DNA from: Angustibacter sp. Root456
Lineage (GTDB): Bacteria; Actinomycetota; Actinomycetes; Actinomycetales; Angustibacteraceae
Length of the DNA stretch: 24,000 nt
Direction: 5' to 3'
Assembly (NCBI RefSeq): GCF_001426435.1
Contig: NZ_LMER01000020.1
Location: 729,677 to 753,676, forward strand
Shown here: in pieces, positions 7,158 through 14,495 of the stretch
Position numbering within the stretch: the stretch's first letter is position 1
Layout of the letters: each line of letters begins with the position of its first letter
Notes under the pieces: generated by a model
What the model was told of the DNA's origin: nothing
Databases searched by the model: none
The model's input: the letters and a program-made list of their open reading frames with translations, nothing else
Translations under genes and position numbers: made by a program

Positions 7158-7166
7158 ATGGGGCAG

Positions 7167-7243
7167 TGGTGGCCAGGGGCGGGGTCGAACCGCCGACCTT
7201 CCGATTTTCAGTCGGACGCTCGTACCAACTGAGCTACCTGGCC
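7167..7243 (-). tRNA. tRNA-Phe (GAA), CCA encoded
   Basis: A manual cloverleaf fits: acceptor GGCCAGG/CCTGGCC, anticodon stem TCCGA/TCGGA with loop CTGAAAA, and T-arm GGCGG-TTCGACC-CCGCC. Confidence 0.93.
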
Positions 7244-7386
7244 GGACTGGCCTGGATCGGGCACCGCGGCGACCGGCCCAGGTCACGAACAACGCCAGGT
7301 CGCCCTGGCGCACGGACGATCATAGCGCACCGCGCGACGACCTCTCGCACCCGCTGCGCCGACCCAGCCCGCCGATCGGCGGTCAC

Positions 7387-7554
7387 GTTGACCCCTCGTT
7401 CATGGCCGCCTGGAACGAGTTCATCGGGCGTGGCGAGGTCGAGTGGGAGCACCTGCTCGCGGCGTCCTTCGTGGCCATCGTGCCCGTCGTCGCCCTCTTC
7501 CTCATCGTGCAGATGCACCTGGTCGGGGGGCTGACCGCGGGCAGCGTCAAGTGA
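7387..7554 (+). pseudogene. 3'-terminal fragment of a carbohydrate ABC transporter permease (about 55 codons, no 5' part)
   Basis: The translation ...WEHLLAASFVAIVPVVALFLIVQMHLVGGLTAGSVK* matches the typical C-terminus of binding-protein-dependent sugar permeases (last TM helix plus the G-x-T-x-G-x-V-K end). The upstream in-frame sequence is non-homologous. Confidence 0.6.
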
Positions 7555-7589
7555 CCCAGCAAGCACGCGCAGCTGGGCCTGGTGCGAAC

Positions 7590-7688
7590 GGCGGCGCGCG
7601 AGCGGCCACGACCTGGCTGCTCTCGGACGCGGCCCGGTACGTGACCGGTGCGGTCATCCCGGTCGACGCCGGGGCGATGGATCACTGA
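7590..7688 (+). pseudogene. 3'-terminal fragment of a short-chain dehydrogenase/reductase (about 33 codons)
   Basis: The translation ...TWLLSDAARYVTGAVIPVDAGAMDH* matches the conserved SDR C-terminus (FLxSDxAxYxTG....VDGG). The Rossmann and catalytic parts are missing. Confidence 0.6.
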
Positions 7689-7762
7689 GGGCGGCTCGGC
7701 GGCTCGGCCGACCGCTCAGGAACGTGCACTCTGCGAAGGACGCGAGCACTGCTCGCGCACAC

Positions 7763-7839
7763 TGGCGACCCCGACGGGACTCGAACCCGCGGCCTCCGCC
7801 GTGACAGGGCGGCGCGCTAACCAACTGCGCTACGGGGCC
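7763..7839 (-). tRNA. tRNA-Asp (GTC), CCA encoded
   Basis: A manual cloverleaf fits: acceptor GGCCCCG/CGGGGTC, anticodon stem CCGCC/GGCGG with loop CTGTCAC, and T-loop TTCGAGT. Confidence 0.93.
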
Positions 7840-7889
7840 TTGAACTGCAACCGCTTCGTGCTCCTCCCGATCGTACCGGCAACGGGAGG

Positions 7890-7965
7890 TGGTACCCCCA
7901 ACGGGATTCGAACCCGCGCTGCCGCCTTGAAAGGGCGGTGTCCTGGGCCGCTAGACGATGGGGGC
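7890..7965 (-). tRNA. tRNA-Glu (TTC), CCA encoded
   Basis: A manual cloverleaf fits: acceptor GCCCCCA/TGGGGGT, anticodon stem CCGCC/GGCGG with loop CTTTCAA, and T-loop TTCGAAT. Confidence 0.93.
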
Positions 7966-8007
7966 GCCGTGACGCCTCCGAACGTGCCAGCGTCGAGGAC
8001 GCGGTTC

Positions 8008-8037
8008 AGCATAGGGGACACCGACCGCCACCACCAA
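8008..8037 (-). promoter_or_regulatory. candidate promoter of the tRNA-Glu/Asp operon (-35 TTGGTG, 18-bp spacer, -10 TATGCT)
   Basis: Hexamers read on the minus strand about 45 nt upstream of the tRNA-Glu 5' end. This rests on a sequence pattern only. Confidence 0.25.
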
Positions 8038-8114
8038 AACGGCCTCGGGTCGGGAACATCTGGGCCCCCGCGTGGGCTGCCTCCAGGGCAGGGACAACCA
8101 CGCGAGAGGACTTC

Positions 8115-8969
8115 ATGAAGACTCGGACTCTGGGCAACCTCACGGTGTCGGCGATCGGCCTGGGCGGGATGCCGCTGTCGATCGAGGGCCGACCCGACCG
8201 TCAGCGGGCGCTGCGCACGGTGCACGCCGCGCTCGACGAAGGCGTCACCCTGATCGACACCGCGGACGCCTACCACCAGCACGCCGACGAGGTCGGGCAC
8301 AACGAGGAGCTCATCGCCGAGGCGCTGCGCACCTGGGACGGCGACGCGTCGTCCGTGCTCGTGGCCACCAAGGGCGGTCACCTGCGACCGGGCGACGGTT
8401 CGTGGACCCTCAACGGCTCGCCCGAGTACCTGAGGACGGCGGTGAAGGAGTCGGCTCGGCGGCTCGGCGTGGAGCAGATCGGGCTCTACCAGTTCCACCG
8501 GCCCGACCCGAACGTGCCGTACGAGGAGTCCGTCGGCGTCCTGCGCGACCTGCTCGACGAGGGCGTCATCGCCCGGGCCGGCATCTCGAACGCGAACCCC
8601 GAGCAGATCCGCCAGGCCCAGGAGATCCTCGGCGGCCGGCTGGTGAGCGTGCAGAACCAGTTCTCGCCGTCGTTCCGCTCCAGCGAGCCCGAGCTCGAGC
8701 TGTGCGCCGAGCTGGGGATCGCGTTCTTGCCGTGGAGCCCGCTGGGAGGCATCTCCAGCGCCGCGGACCTCGGGTCGACGTCCGAGGCCTTCGCGACGGT
8801 GGCCGACGCGCACGGCGTGAGCCCGCAGCAGGTCGCGCTGGCCTGGGAGCTGGCCAAGGCGCCCGTGGTCATCCCGATCCCCGGCTCGAGTCGGCCCGAG
8901 ACGATCCGCGACTCGGTGCGTGCCGTCGACCTCGAGCTGACGGCCGACGAGCTGGCGCTGCTCGGCTGA
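8115..8969 (+). CDS. aldo/keto reductase family oxidoreductase (284 aa)
   Basis: AKR motifs are present: LGGMPLS, LIDTADAY, GHNEELIAEAL, LYQFHRPD and IPIPGSSRPE. ATG at 8115. Confidence 0.9.
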   Translation: MKTRTLGNLTVSAIGLGGMPLSIEGRPDRQRALRTVHAALDEGVTLIDTADAYHQHADEVGHNEELIAEALRTWDGDASSVLVATKGGHLRPGDGSWTLNGSPEYLRTAVKESARRLGVEQIGLYQFHRPDPNVPYEESVGVLRDLLDEGVIARAGISNANPEQIRQAQEILGGRLVSVQNQFSPSFRSSEPELELCAELGIAFLPWSPLGGISSAADLGSTSEAFATVADAHGVSPQQVALAWELAKAPVVIPIPGSSRPETIRDSVRAVDLELTADELALLG

Positions 8970-9010
8970 CTGCCTCCGCCACTCAGGCCGCGGCCGGAGG
9001 ACGCAATCCG

Positions 9011-9062
9011 GCCTGGACGGCGGGAAGCGGCCTGGGTGGCGGGAAGCGGCCTGGGTGGCGGA
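9011..9062. repeat. 19-bp tandem repeat, about 2.7 copies (GCCTGGRYGGCGGGAAGCG)
   Basis: Read directly from the sequence, in the intergenic region between the AKR stop and the next start. Confidence 0.85.
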
Positions 9063-9092
9063 CAGGGCGGGCACACTGGGGGCGTGGTGGAG

Positions 9093-9437
9093 ATGAGCGA
9101 CGCCGAGTTCGACGACGCGGTCGCTGACGCGCTCGACGCCATCCCGCCCGAGCTCACCGACCTCATGAGCAACGTCGTCGTGCTCGTCGACGACGAGCCA
9201 CCGCCGGACGAGCCGGACGACCTGCTCGGCGTCTACGTCGGTGTCCCGCTCACCGAGCGCGGGTGGATGGCCGGACCGACGTTGCCCGACCGGATCATGA
9301 TCTACCGCGGCCCGACCCTGCGGATGTGCGACGACCGCGACGACGTGGTCGAGGAGGTGGCGATCACCGTGGTGCACGAGGTCGCCCACCACTTCGGCAT
9401 CGACGACGCGCGCCTGCACGCGCTCGGCTGGGACTGA
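9093..9437 (+). CDS. zincin-like metallopeptidase family protein (DUF1025-type, 114 aa)
   Basis: The HExxH motif is in VVHEVAHHFGIDD, on an acidic small protein typical of this family. The ATG at 9093 follows GGTGGAG. Confidence 0.8.
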   Translation: MSDAEFDDAVADALDAIPPELTDLMSNVVVLVDDEPPPDEPDDLLGVYVGVPLTERGWMAGPTLPDRIMIYRGPTLRMCDDRDDVVEEVAITVVHEVAHHFGIDDARLHALGWD

Positions 9438-9449
9438 GGCGCCCGGCGT

Positions 9450-10100
9450 TCAGACCAGGCCCGCGTCGTGGGCGACGATCGCCACCTGCACGCGGTTCGT
9501 GGCGTCCAGCTTGGTGAGCAGCCGCGACACGTGCGCCTTCACCGTCGCCTCGCTCATGAACAGCTCGCGGCCGACCTCGGCGTTCGACAGCCCCCGCGCC
9601 ACCGCCACCAGCACCTCGCGCTCGCGGGCCGTCAGCGCCCCGAGCCGGTCGAGCGCCGTCCGCTGCCGTGACGAGGAGCCGGAGTCGGAGAAGTGCCCGA
9701 TCAGCCGACGGGTCACGGTGGGGGAGAGCATCGCCTCGCCCGCCGCCACGACCTGGACGGCGCGCACGAGGTCGCGTGGCGGCGTGTCCTTGAGCAGGAA
9801 CCCGCTCGCTCCGGCCTCCAGCGCCCGGAACACGTAGTCGTCGAGGTCGAACGTCGTCAGCACCACGACGCGCGGCGCAGGGTCGAGCTCGAGCACCTGC
9901 TGGGTCGCGCGCAGCCCGTCGAGCCGCGGCATGCGGATGTCCATGAGGACGACGTCGGGTCGGTGGGCGCGCACGGCGTCGATGGCGTCTGCGCCGTCCT
10001 CGGCCTCGGCGACCACCTCCAGGTCGTCGGCCGCCGACAGGATCATCCGCAGACCGGCGCGCACGAGCGCCTCGTCGTCGACGATCAGGACTCGGGTCAC
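9450..10100 (-). CDS. NarL/LuxR-family two-component response regulator (216 aa)
   Basis: The receiver domain shows VLIVDDEALVRAGL...VVLMDIRMPRLDG. The C-terminal LuxR HTH shows LTAREREVLVAVARGLSNAEVGRELFMSEATVKAHV. The GTG start overlaps the kinase stop (GTGA). Confidence 0.92.
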   Translation of the reverse strand: MTRVLIVDDEALVRAGLRMILSAADDLEVVAEAEDGADAIDAVRAHRPDVVLMDIRMPRLDGLRATQQVLELDPAPRVVVLTTFDLDDYVFRALEAGASGFLLKDTPPRDLVRAVQVVAAGEAMLSPTVTRRLIGHFSDSGSSSRQRTALDRLGALTAREREVLVAVARGLSNAEVGRELFMSEATVKAHVSRLLTKLDATNRVQVAIVAHDAGLV

Positions 10101-11287
10101 GAGGCTTCCTCCGGTTCGGGCCAGGGCAGGTGCGCGGCCACCCGCCAACCGCCGTCCGACGCCGGGCCGGCCACCAACCGTCCGCCCACGAGCGACACGC
10201 GTTCGGCCAGGCCGACCAGCCCGAGCCCCGCGCCCGGCAGCAGGCTGGCCGCCGCCACCGGCACCTGGTTGGCCACCACCACGTCGAGCCCCGCACCGGC
10301 TCGACCGTGCACGCGGACGCGCGTGGCCGCCGACCGCGCGTGCTTGTGCACGTTGGTGAGCGACTCCTGCACCACGCGGTGAGCGGTGCGCGCGACGTCG
10401 GCCGGCGGCGTGCCGGCGACGTCGCAGGTCAGGCTGATGGCGACCCCCGCCGCGCGCGAGGCCGCCACCAGGCGCTCGATGTCGCTGAGCTGCGGCGGCG
10501 GCGCGAGGTCCGACCCGTCCGCCGACTCGTCGGTGCGCAGGACGCCGAGGACGCGCCGCAGGTCCTCGAGCGCCTCGCGGGCCGTCGTCCGCACCAGCGC
10601 GGCGGTGCGCTCGACCTGCTCGGGGCCGGCGTCCGGGTTCACCTCCAGGCCGCCGGCGTGCAGGGCGATGAGCGACACCTTGTGGGCCAGGACGTCGTGC
10701 ATCTCGCCCGCGATGCGGGTGCGCTCGCTGAGGCGCGCCTGGTCGGCCCGCAGCTCGCGCTCGGCCTCGGCGGTCTCGGCCCGCGCACGCAGCGAGTCGA
10801 TGAGGTCGCGGCGGGCGCCGACGTACGCGCCGAAGGCGATCACCGCCGAGTAGAACAGCACCGAGCCCACGACCGCCGAGAACACGTTCGTCCCGGTCAC
10901 GATGCTGCGGCCGACATCGAGCACGAACGAGGCGGCCGTGACGACGGCGAGCACGCGGTCGCGGCGGCGCACGGCCAGCGTCAGCAACGCCAGGAAGAAC
11001 GCCACGGGAAGGCCGGTCGCGATGGCGATCACGAGCGTGACGACGGCGACGGCGACGGGGTGGTCGCGCCGCCACCACAACGCGACGGCCGCGACGCTGC
11101 ACGCCACCCCGGCCGCCACGACGACGGCCACCGGCCAGTGACCGTGGAGCGTCACGGCGAACACGACACCGGAGGCCAGCGAGACGAGCACCATCGCCAC
11201 GTCACGCGCGCGGGGGCTGGCGCGCGTCACGAGCGCCCGGCTGATACGCCAGCGGCGCCCGACCGCCCGCACCGCCCGCAGCTCCAC
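10097..11287 (-). CDS. membrane sensor histidine kinase, HisKA_3 (NarX/DesK-like) type (about 396 aa)
   Basis: Multi-TM N-terminus, the H-box ERTRIAGEMHDVLAHKVS, and an HATPase region (ESLTNVHKHA, GLGLVGLAERV). The start is uncertain: GTG at 11287 was chosen, and downstream GTG/ATG starts are possible. Confidence 0.8.
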   Translation of the reverse strand: MELRAVRAVGRRWRISRALVTRASPRARDVAMVLVSLASGVVFAVTLHGHWPVAVVVAAGVACSVAAVALWWRRDHPVAVAVVTLVIAIATGLPVAFFLALLTLAVRRRDRVLAVVTAASFVLDVGRSIVTGTNVFSAVVGSVLFYSAVIAFGAYVGARRDLIDSLRARAETAEAERELRADQARLSERTRIAGEMHDVLAHKVSLIALHAGGLEVNPDAGPEQVERTAALVRTTAREALEDLRRVLGVLRTDESADGSDLAPPPQLSDIERLVAASRAAGVAISLTCDVAGTPPADVARTAHRVVQESLTNVHKHARSAATRVRVHGRAGAGLDVVVANQVPVAAASLLPGAGLGLVGLAERVSLVGGRLVAGPASDGGWRVAAHLPWPEPEEAS

Positions 11288-11431
11288 GCCTCGAAGCCTA
11301 GGGGCGCCCGGGCGGTCCGGTCGTCGTCCGGACGTCGGGGTGGCAGCCCGCGAGGCACCGACTTTCGTCGGGGGTGGGCTGAGCCACGTGGCCGATGAGG
11401 CTCGACCCCTGGTGGCGGCAGGCTCGAGGCC

Positions 11432-12331
11432 ATGATCACCGTCAACGACCTCACCAAGCGGTACGGCCACACCACGGCCGTCGACGCCGTCTCCTTCTCG
11501 TGCCGTCCCGGCACGATCACGGGCTTCCTCGGTCCCAACGGCGCGGGCAAGTCCACGACCCTGCGGATGCTCACCGGGCTGACCCCGCCGACGTCCGGCA
11601 CCGCCACCGTGGGCGGCGTCGCGTACCGCAACCTGCCCAACCCCGGGCGGGTCATGGGCGTCATGCTCGACGCCGCCGCCGCTCACGCCGGGCGCACCGG
11701 GCGCGAGACGCTGCGCGTCGCGGGCGAGCTGCTCGGGACGTCGAGCGCCCGGGCCGACGCGATGCTCGAGCGGGTGGGCCTGGCCGGGGCCGAGAAGCGC
11801 CGCGTCGGCCAGTACTCGCTCGGCATGCGCCAGCGCCTCGGGATCGCCGTCGCGCTGCTCGGTGACCCCGAGGTGCTCGTGCTCGACGAGCCGGCCAACG
11901 GCCTCGACCCCGAAGGCATCCGCTGGATGCGCGGCCTGCTGCAGGACTTCGCGGCGCGCGGCGGCACGGTGCTGCTGTCGAGCCACCTGCTGAGCGAGGT
12001 GCAGGCCACAGCCGACCGGTTGGTCGTCATCGGGCACGGCCGGGTCGTGGCGGAGGGAGACCTGCGCGAGCTGCTCGCCGGTTCGGGCACCCGGGTGCGG
12101 GGCCTCGACCCCGCCGGGCTGGCCGCGGCGCTGGAGGCGGCCGACCTGATGGCCACGGCCGGCGCCGACGGCACCTTCACCGTCGACGCCACCCCCGAGC
12201 AGGTCGGACGCGCCGCCGCGGCCGCGCGCCAGGTGCTGCTCGAGCTGCGCGCCGCCGACGGCACGGGCCTCGAGGAGCTGTTCCTCAGCCTCACCGCCGG
12301 CTCGGCGCCCTCGAACGCCGTCGCGGCGTGA
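11432..12331 (+). CDS. ABC transporter ATP-binding protein (ABC-2/DrrA-like, 299 aa)
   Basis: Walker A GPNGAGKST, signature YSLGMRQRLG, and Walker B VLVLDEPANGLD. Confidence 0.92.
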   Translation: MITVNDLTKRYGHTTAVDAVSFSCRPGTITGFLGPNGAGKSTTLRMLTGLTPPTSGTATVGGVAYRNLPNPGRVMGVMLDAAAAHAGRTGRETLRVAGELLGTSSARADAMLERVGLAGAEKRRVGQYSLGMRQRLGIAVALLGDPEVLVLDEPANGLDPEGIRWMRGLLQDFAARGGTVLLSSHLLSEVQATADRLVVIGHGRVVAEGDLRELLAGSGTRVRGLDPAGLAAALEAADLMATAGADGTFTVDATPEQVGRAAAAARQVLLELRAADGTGLEELFLSLTAGSAPSNAVAA

Positions 12332-12356
12332 GCGGCCCGAGCGGCCCGAGCGGCCC
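12330..12356. repeat. 9-bp tandem repeat GAGCGGCCC x3
   Basis: Read directly from the sequence. It starts inside the ATPase TGA stop codon. Confidence 0.85.
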
Positions 12357-12402
12357 GGCGTCCACCTCCTCAGCTCGTCCCCACTCCCGTCAGGAGCGCA
12401 CC

Positions 12403-13215
12403 ATGCCCACCACCACGAACGCCAACACGCCCACCACCACCAGCACCGGCCGCACCCGCTCTGGGCCGCTGCCGACGTCGCGGATCGTCGCGCCGTCGTT
12501 CGCGCGGCTCACCCGAGTCGAGCTCCGCAAGTCCGTCGACTACCGCGCCGGGCGCTGGATCCTCCTGGCCATCGCCGCGCTGTCGATGCTGGCGCTGGCC
12601 TGGCGGGTCTGGAAGGCCGCCGACAGCCCGATCACGATGATGCGGTTCATCGACTCCGCCATGACGCCCGTGGTGCTGCTCGTGCCGGTGCTGGGCGTCC
12701 TCGCGATGGCGAGCGAGTGGTCGCAGCGCACGGCGCTCACGACGTTCACGCTGACGCCGCGGCGCGGGCGCGTCCTGATCGCGAAGGTCGTGGCGGCACT
12801 GCTGCTCTCGCTCGCGCTGTTCGTCACGGTGCTGGCGCTCACGGCGCTCGCGGTGGGGCTGGCGGGCCTCATCACCGGCGACGGCGTGACGTGGAGCCTC
12901 GACGCGAAGGCCGTCGGCGGCGAGCTCGTCGCCCAGCTGCTCTACGTGCTCATGGGCGCGGGCTTCGGTGCACTCATCCCGGTGACCGGGGCGGCGCTCA
13001 CGGCGTTCTTCGTGGCGCCGACGCTGTTCGCGATCGTGAGCGGCAGCGTGCTGAAGTCCGCAGGCGAGTGGTTCGACGTGTTCGGGGCCTTCGACCGGCT
13101 GTCCAGGTTCGCGCTCGAGGGCAAGGGGCCGCAGACGGCGACGTCCGTGGCGGTGTGGATCGTCGTACCGCTCGTCGTGGGGGTGTGGCGCAGCCTGCGC
13201 CGCGAGGTGAAGTAG
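12403..13215 (+). CDS. ABC-2 type transporter permease (about 270 aa)
   Basis: Six-TM-like hydrophobic profile. The ATG at 12403 is preceded by AGGAG. The alternative GTG at 12328 overlaps the ATPase stop (GTGA) and would add MSGPSGPSGP... Confidence 0.8.
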   Translation: MPTTTNANTPTTTSTGRTRSGPLPTSRIVAPSFARLTRVELRKSVDYRAGRWILLAIAALSMLALAWRVWKAADSPITMMRFIDSAMTPVVLLVPVLGVLAMASEWSQRTALTTFTLTPRRGRVLIAKVVAALLLSLALFVTVLALTALAVGLAGLITGDGVTWSLDAKAVGGELVAQLLYVLMGAGFGALIPVTGAALTAFFVAPTLFAIVSGSVLKSAGEWFDVFGAFDRLSRFALEGKGPQTATSVAVWIVVPLVVGVWRSLRREVK

Positions 13216-13231
13216 TTCCCCCACCCCCGCC

Positions 13232-13243
13232 GTGATCATGCAC
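13232..13243. repeat. second copy of the GTGATCATGCAC motif seen at 2886-2932
   Basis: The core is identical and the flanks are similar (C-rich run upstream, GCC downstream). It lies in the convergent intergenic region. Confidence 0.6.
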
Positions 13244-13293
13244 GCCAGCCCACGCCTCTGGGGCGGATCACTGCCTTCGTTGATGGCCACTGG

Positions 13294-13328
13294 GGCACCC
13301 TGCTGCCATAGGTTGGCGGCGGGGTGCC
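13294..13328 (+). terminator. 15-bp-stem hairpin downstream of the ABC permease gene
   Basis: GGCACCCTGCTGCCA / TGGCGGCGGGGTGCC with loop TAGGT. Two positions form G-U pairs only in the plus-strand RNA. There is no U-tract. Confidence 0.5.
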
Positions 13329-13350
13329 ACCGCGCCAAGAACGGGAGAGG

Positions 13351-14385
13351 TCAGGGGCGGCGGGAGCGGGTGGGCGTCCGCAACATGCGCAGGACGGCGC
13401 GCTCGACCGCTCCGTGCGTCGCCGGCTGCCCGACGTCGACACCCTCACCGAGCTTCAGCAGGGCGTCCTGGATCGTCACGCCGTCCTCGTACAGGTCGAC
13501 CACGCGCGGGTCGACGTACGACGCCCGGGCGACGGCGGGGGTGTTGCCGAGGTACTCCGACACCTCCTTCATGGCACGGGCGATGGCGCGCTTGCGTGCG
13601 GTGGGCGACGACGCGACGTTCGCCGACACCGCCAACGCGACGGCGGCCAGCACCGTGCCGTGCCAGGTGCGGAAGTCCTTGGCCGACACCTCGCCGCCGA
13701 CCACCTGCTTCACGTAGCTGTTGATGTCGTCGCTCGTGATGTCGACCCACTGGCGGCCGACGCGGTACGCGAGCAGCTCGTCGCCGCCGCCTCGCCTGCG
13801 CCGCAACGTCTGCACGGCTTCGCAGACCGCGGGCTCGCCGACGGCGACGTAGCGCTCCTTGCCCGACTTGGCGATGTAGTCGAACACGATCAGGTCGCCC
13901 TCGATGCTCACGTGGTCGCGCGTGATGGTGGCGAGCCCGTAGCTGCCGTTCTGCTCGGCGTACGTCTCGCCACCGATGCGGAAGAAGCCGAGGTCGAGCA
14001 GCCGGAACGCCGCGGCCAACGCCCGCTCGCGCGGCATGCCGTCGAGCGCCAGGTCCCTCGCCACCTGCTGTCGCGCCTTGGGCAGCCGCGCGGCGACCTC
14101 CAGCACGCGGTCGTGCTTCGCCTGGTCGCGCTGCTGACGCCAGACTGGGTGGTAGAGGTACTGCCGTCGTCCGGCGTCGTCGGTGCCCACGGCCTGGATG
14201 TGGCCGTTGCGCGCCTTGCAGATCCACACGTCCTTCCAGGCGGGTGGGATCACCAGTGCCTTGATGCGGGCCACCTCGTCGGGGTCGGTCACGCGTTCGC
14301 AGTCGTCGAGGTAGACGAAGCCCTTGCCGCTGCGCCGGCGCGTGTAGCCGGGCTGAGACGGCGACACGGTGCGCAGGCGGGGCAT
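13351..14385 (-). CDS. DNA topoisomerase IB (poxvirus-like bacterial type, 344 aa)
   Basis: PPAWKDVWI, GRRQYLYHP, FFRIGGETYAEQNGSYGLATI, AKDFRTWHGT, and the C-terminal catalytic Tyr context ARASYVDPRV. Confidence 0.9.
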   Translation of the reverse strand: MPRLRTVSPSQPGYTRRRSGKGFVYLDDCERVTDPDEVARIKALVIPPAWKDVWICKARNGHIQAVGTDDAGRRQYLYHPVWRQQRDQAKHDRVLEVAARLPKARQQVARDLALDGMPRERALAAAFRLLDLGFFRIGGETYAEQNGSYGLATITRDHVSIEGDLIVFDYIAKSGKERYVAVGEPAVCEAVQTLRRRRGGGDELLAYRVGRQWVDITSDDINSYVKQVVGGEVSAKDFRTWHGTVLAAVALAVSANVASSPTARKRAIARAMKEVSEYLGNTPAVARASYVDPRVVDLYEDGVTIQDALLKLGEGVDVGQPATHGAVERAVLRMLRTPTRSRRP

Positions 14386-14495
14386 GTCGGAATCCTGTGG
14401 CCGGGGCGTCCGGCCTGCAACCGCAGCCTGGTGCAGCGGTGGGCGCGGCGGGTTGGCCCTATCGTTCCCTCCATGGTCCACGCGGGAGTGCGCTC

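Noticed and set aside
7106-7166. The 13-bp repeats as attachment-site duplications of a tRNA 3' end
   Set aside because: The unit shares only a 7-nt GGGACTC string with the tRNA-Asp T-arm and nothing with the tRNA-Phe 3' end. There is no integrase nearby.
7648-8118. A 156-aa plus-strand ORF across the tRNA-Asp/tRNA-Glu region
   Set aside because: It runs straight through two well-folded tRNA genes on the opposite strand and has no coding signature.
9450-10100. The NarL-family response regulator in this window as the DosR orthologue that binds the GGGAC-N4-GTCCC boxes
   Set aside because: It is coupled to a multi-TM HisKA_3 kinase without GAF domains and to an ABC-2 exporter, which is the signature of an envelope-stress/efflux module rather than DosRS. 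The assignment cannot be made from sequence alone.
11421-11434. CCATGATCACC at the ABC ATPase start as a third copy of the GTGATCATGCA element
   Set aside because: Only 9 nt match, and they are explained by the coding sequence (ATG ATC ACC = MIT). The flanks show no similarity.
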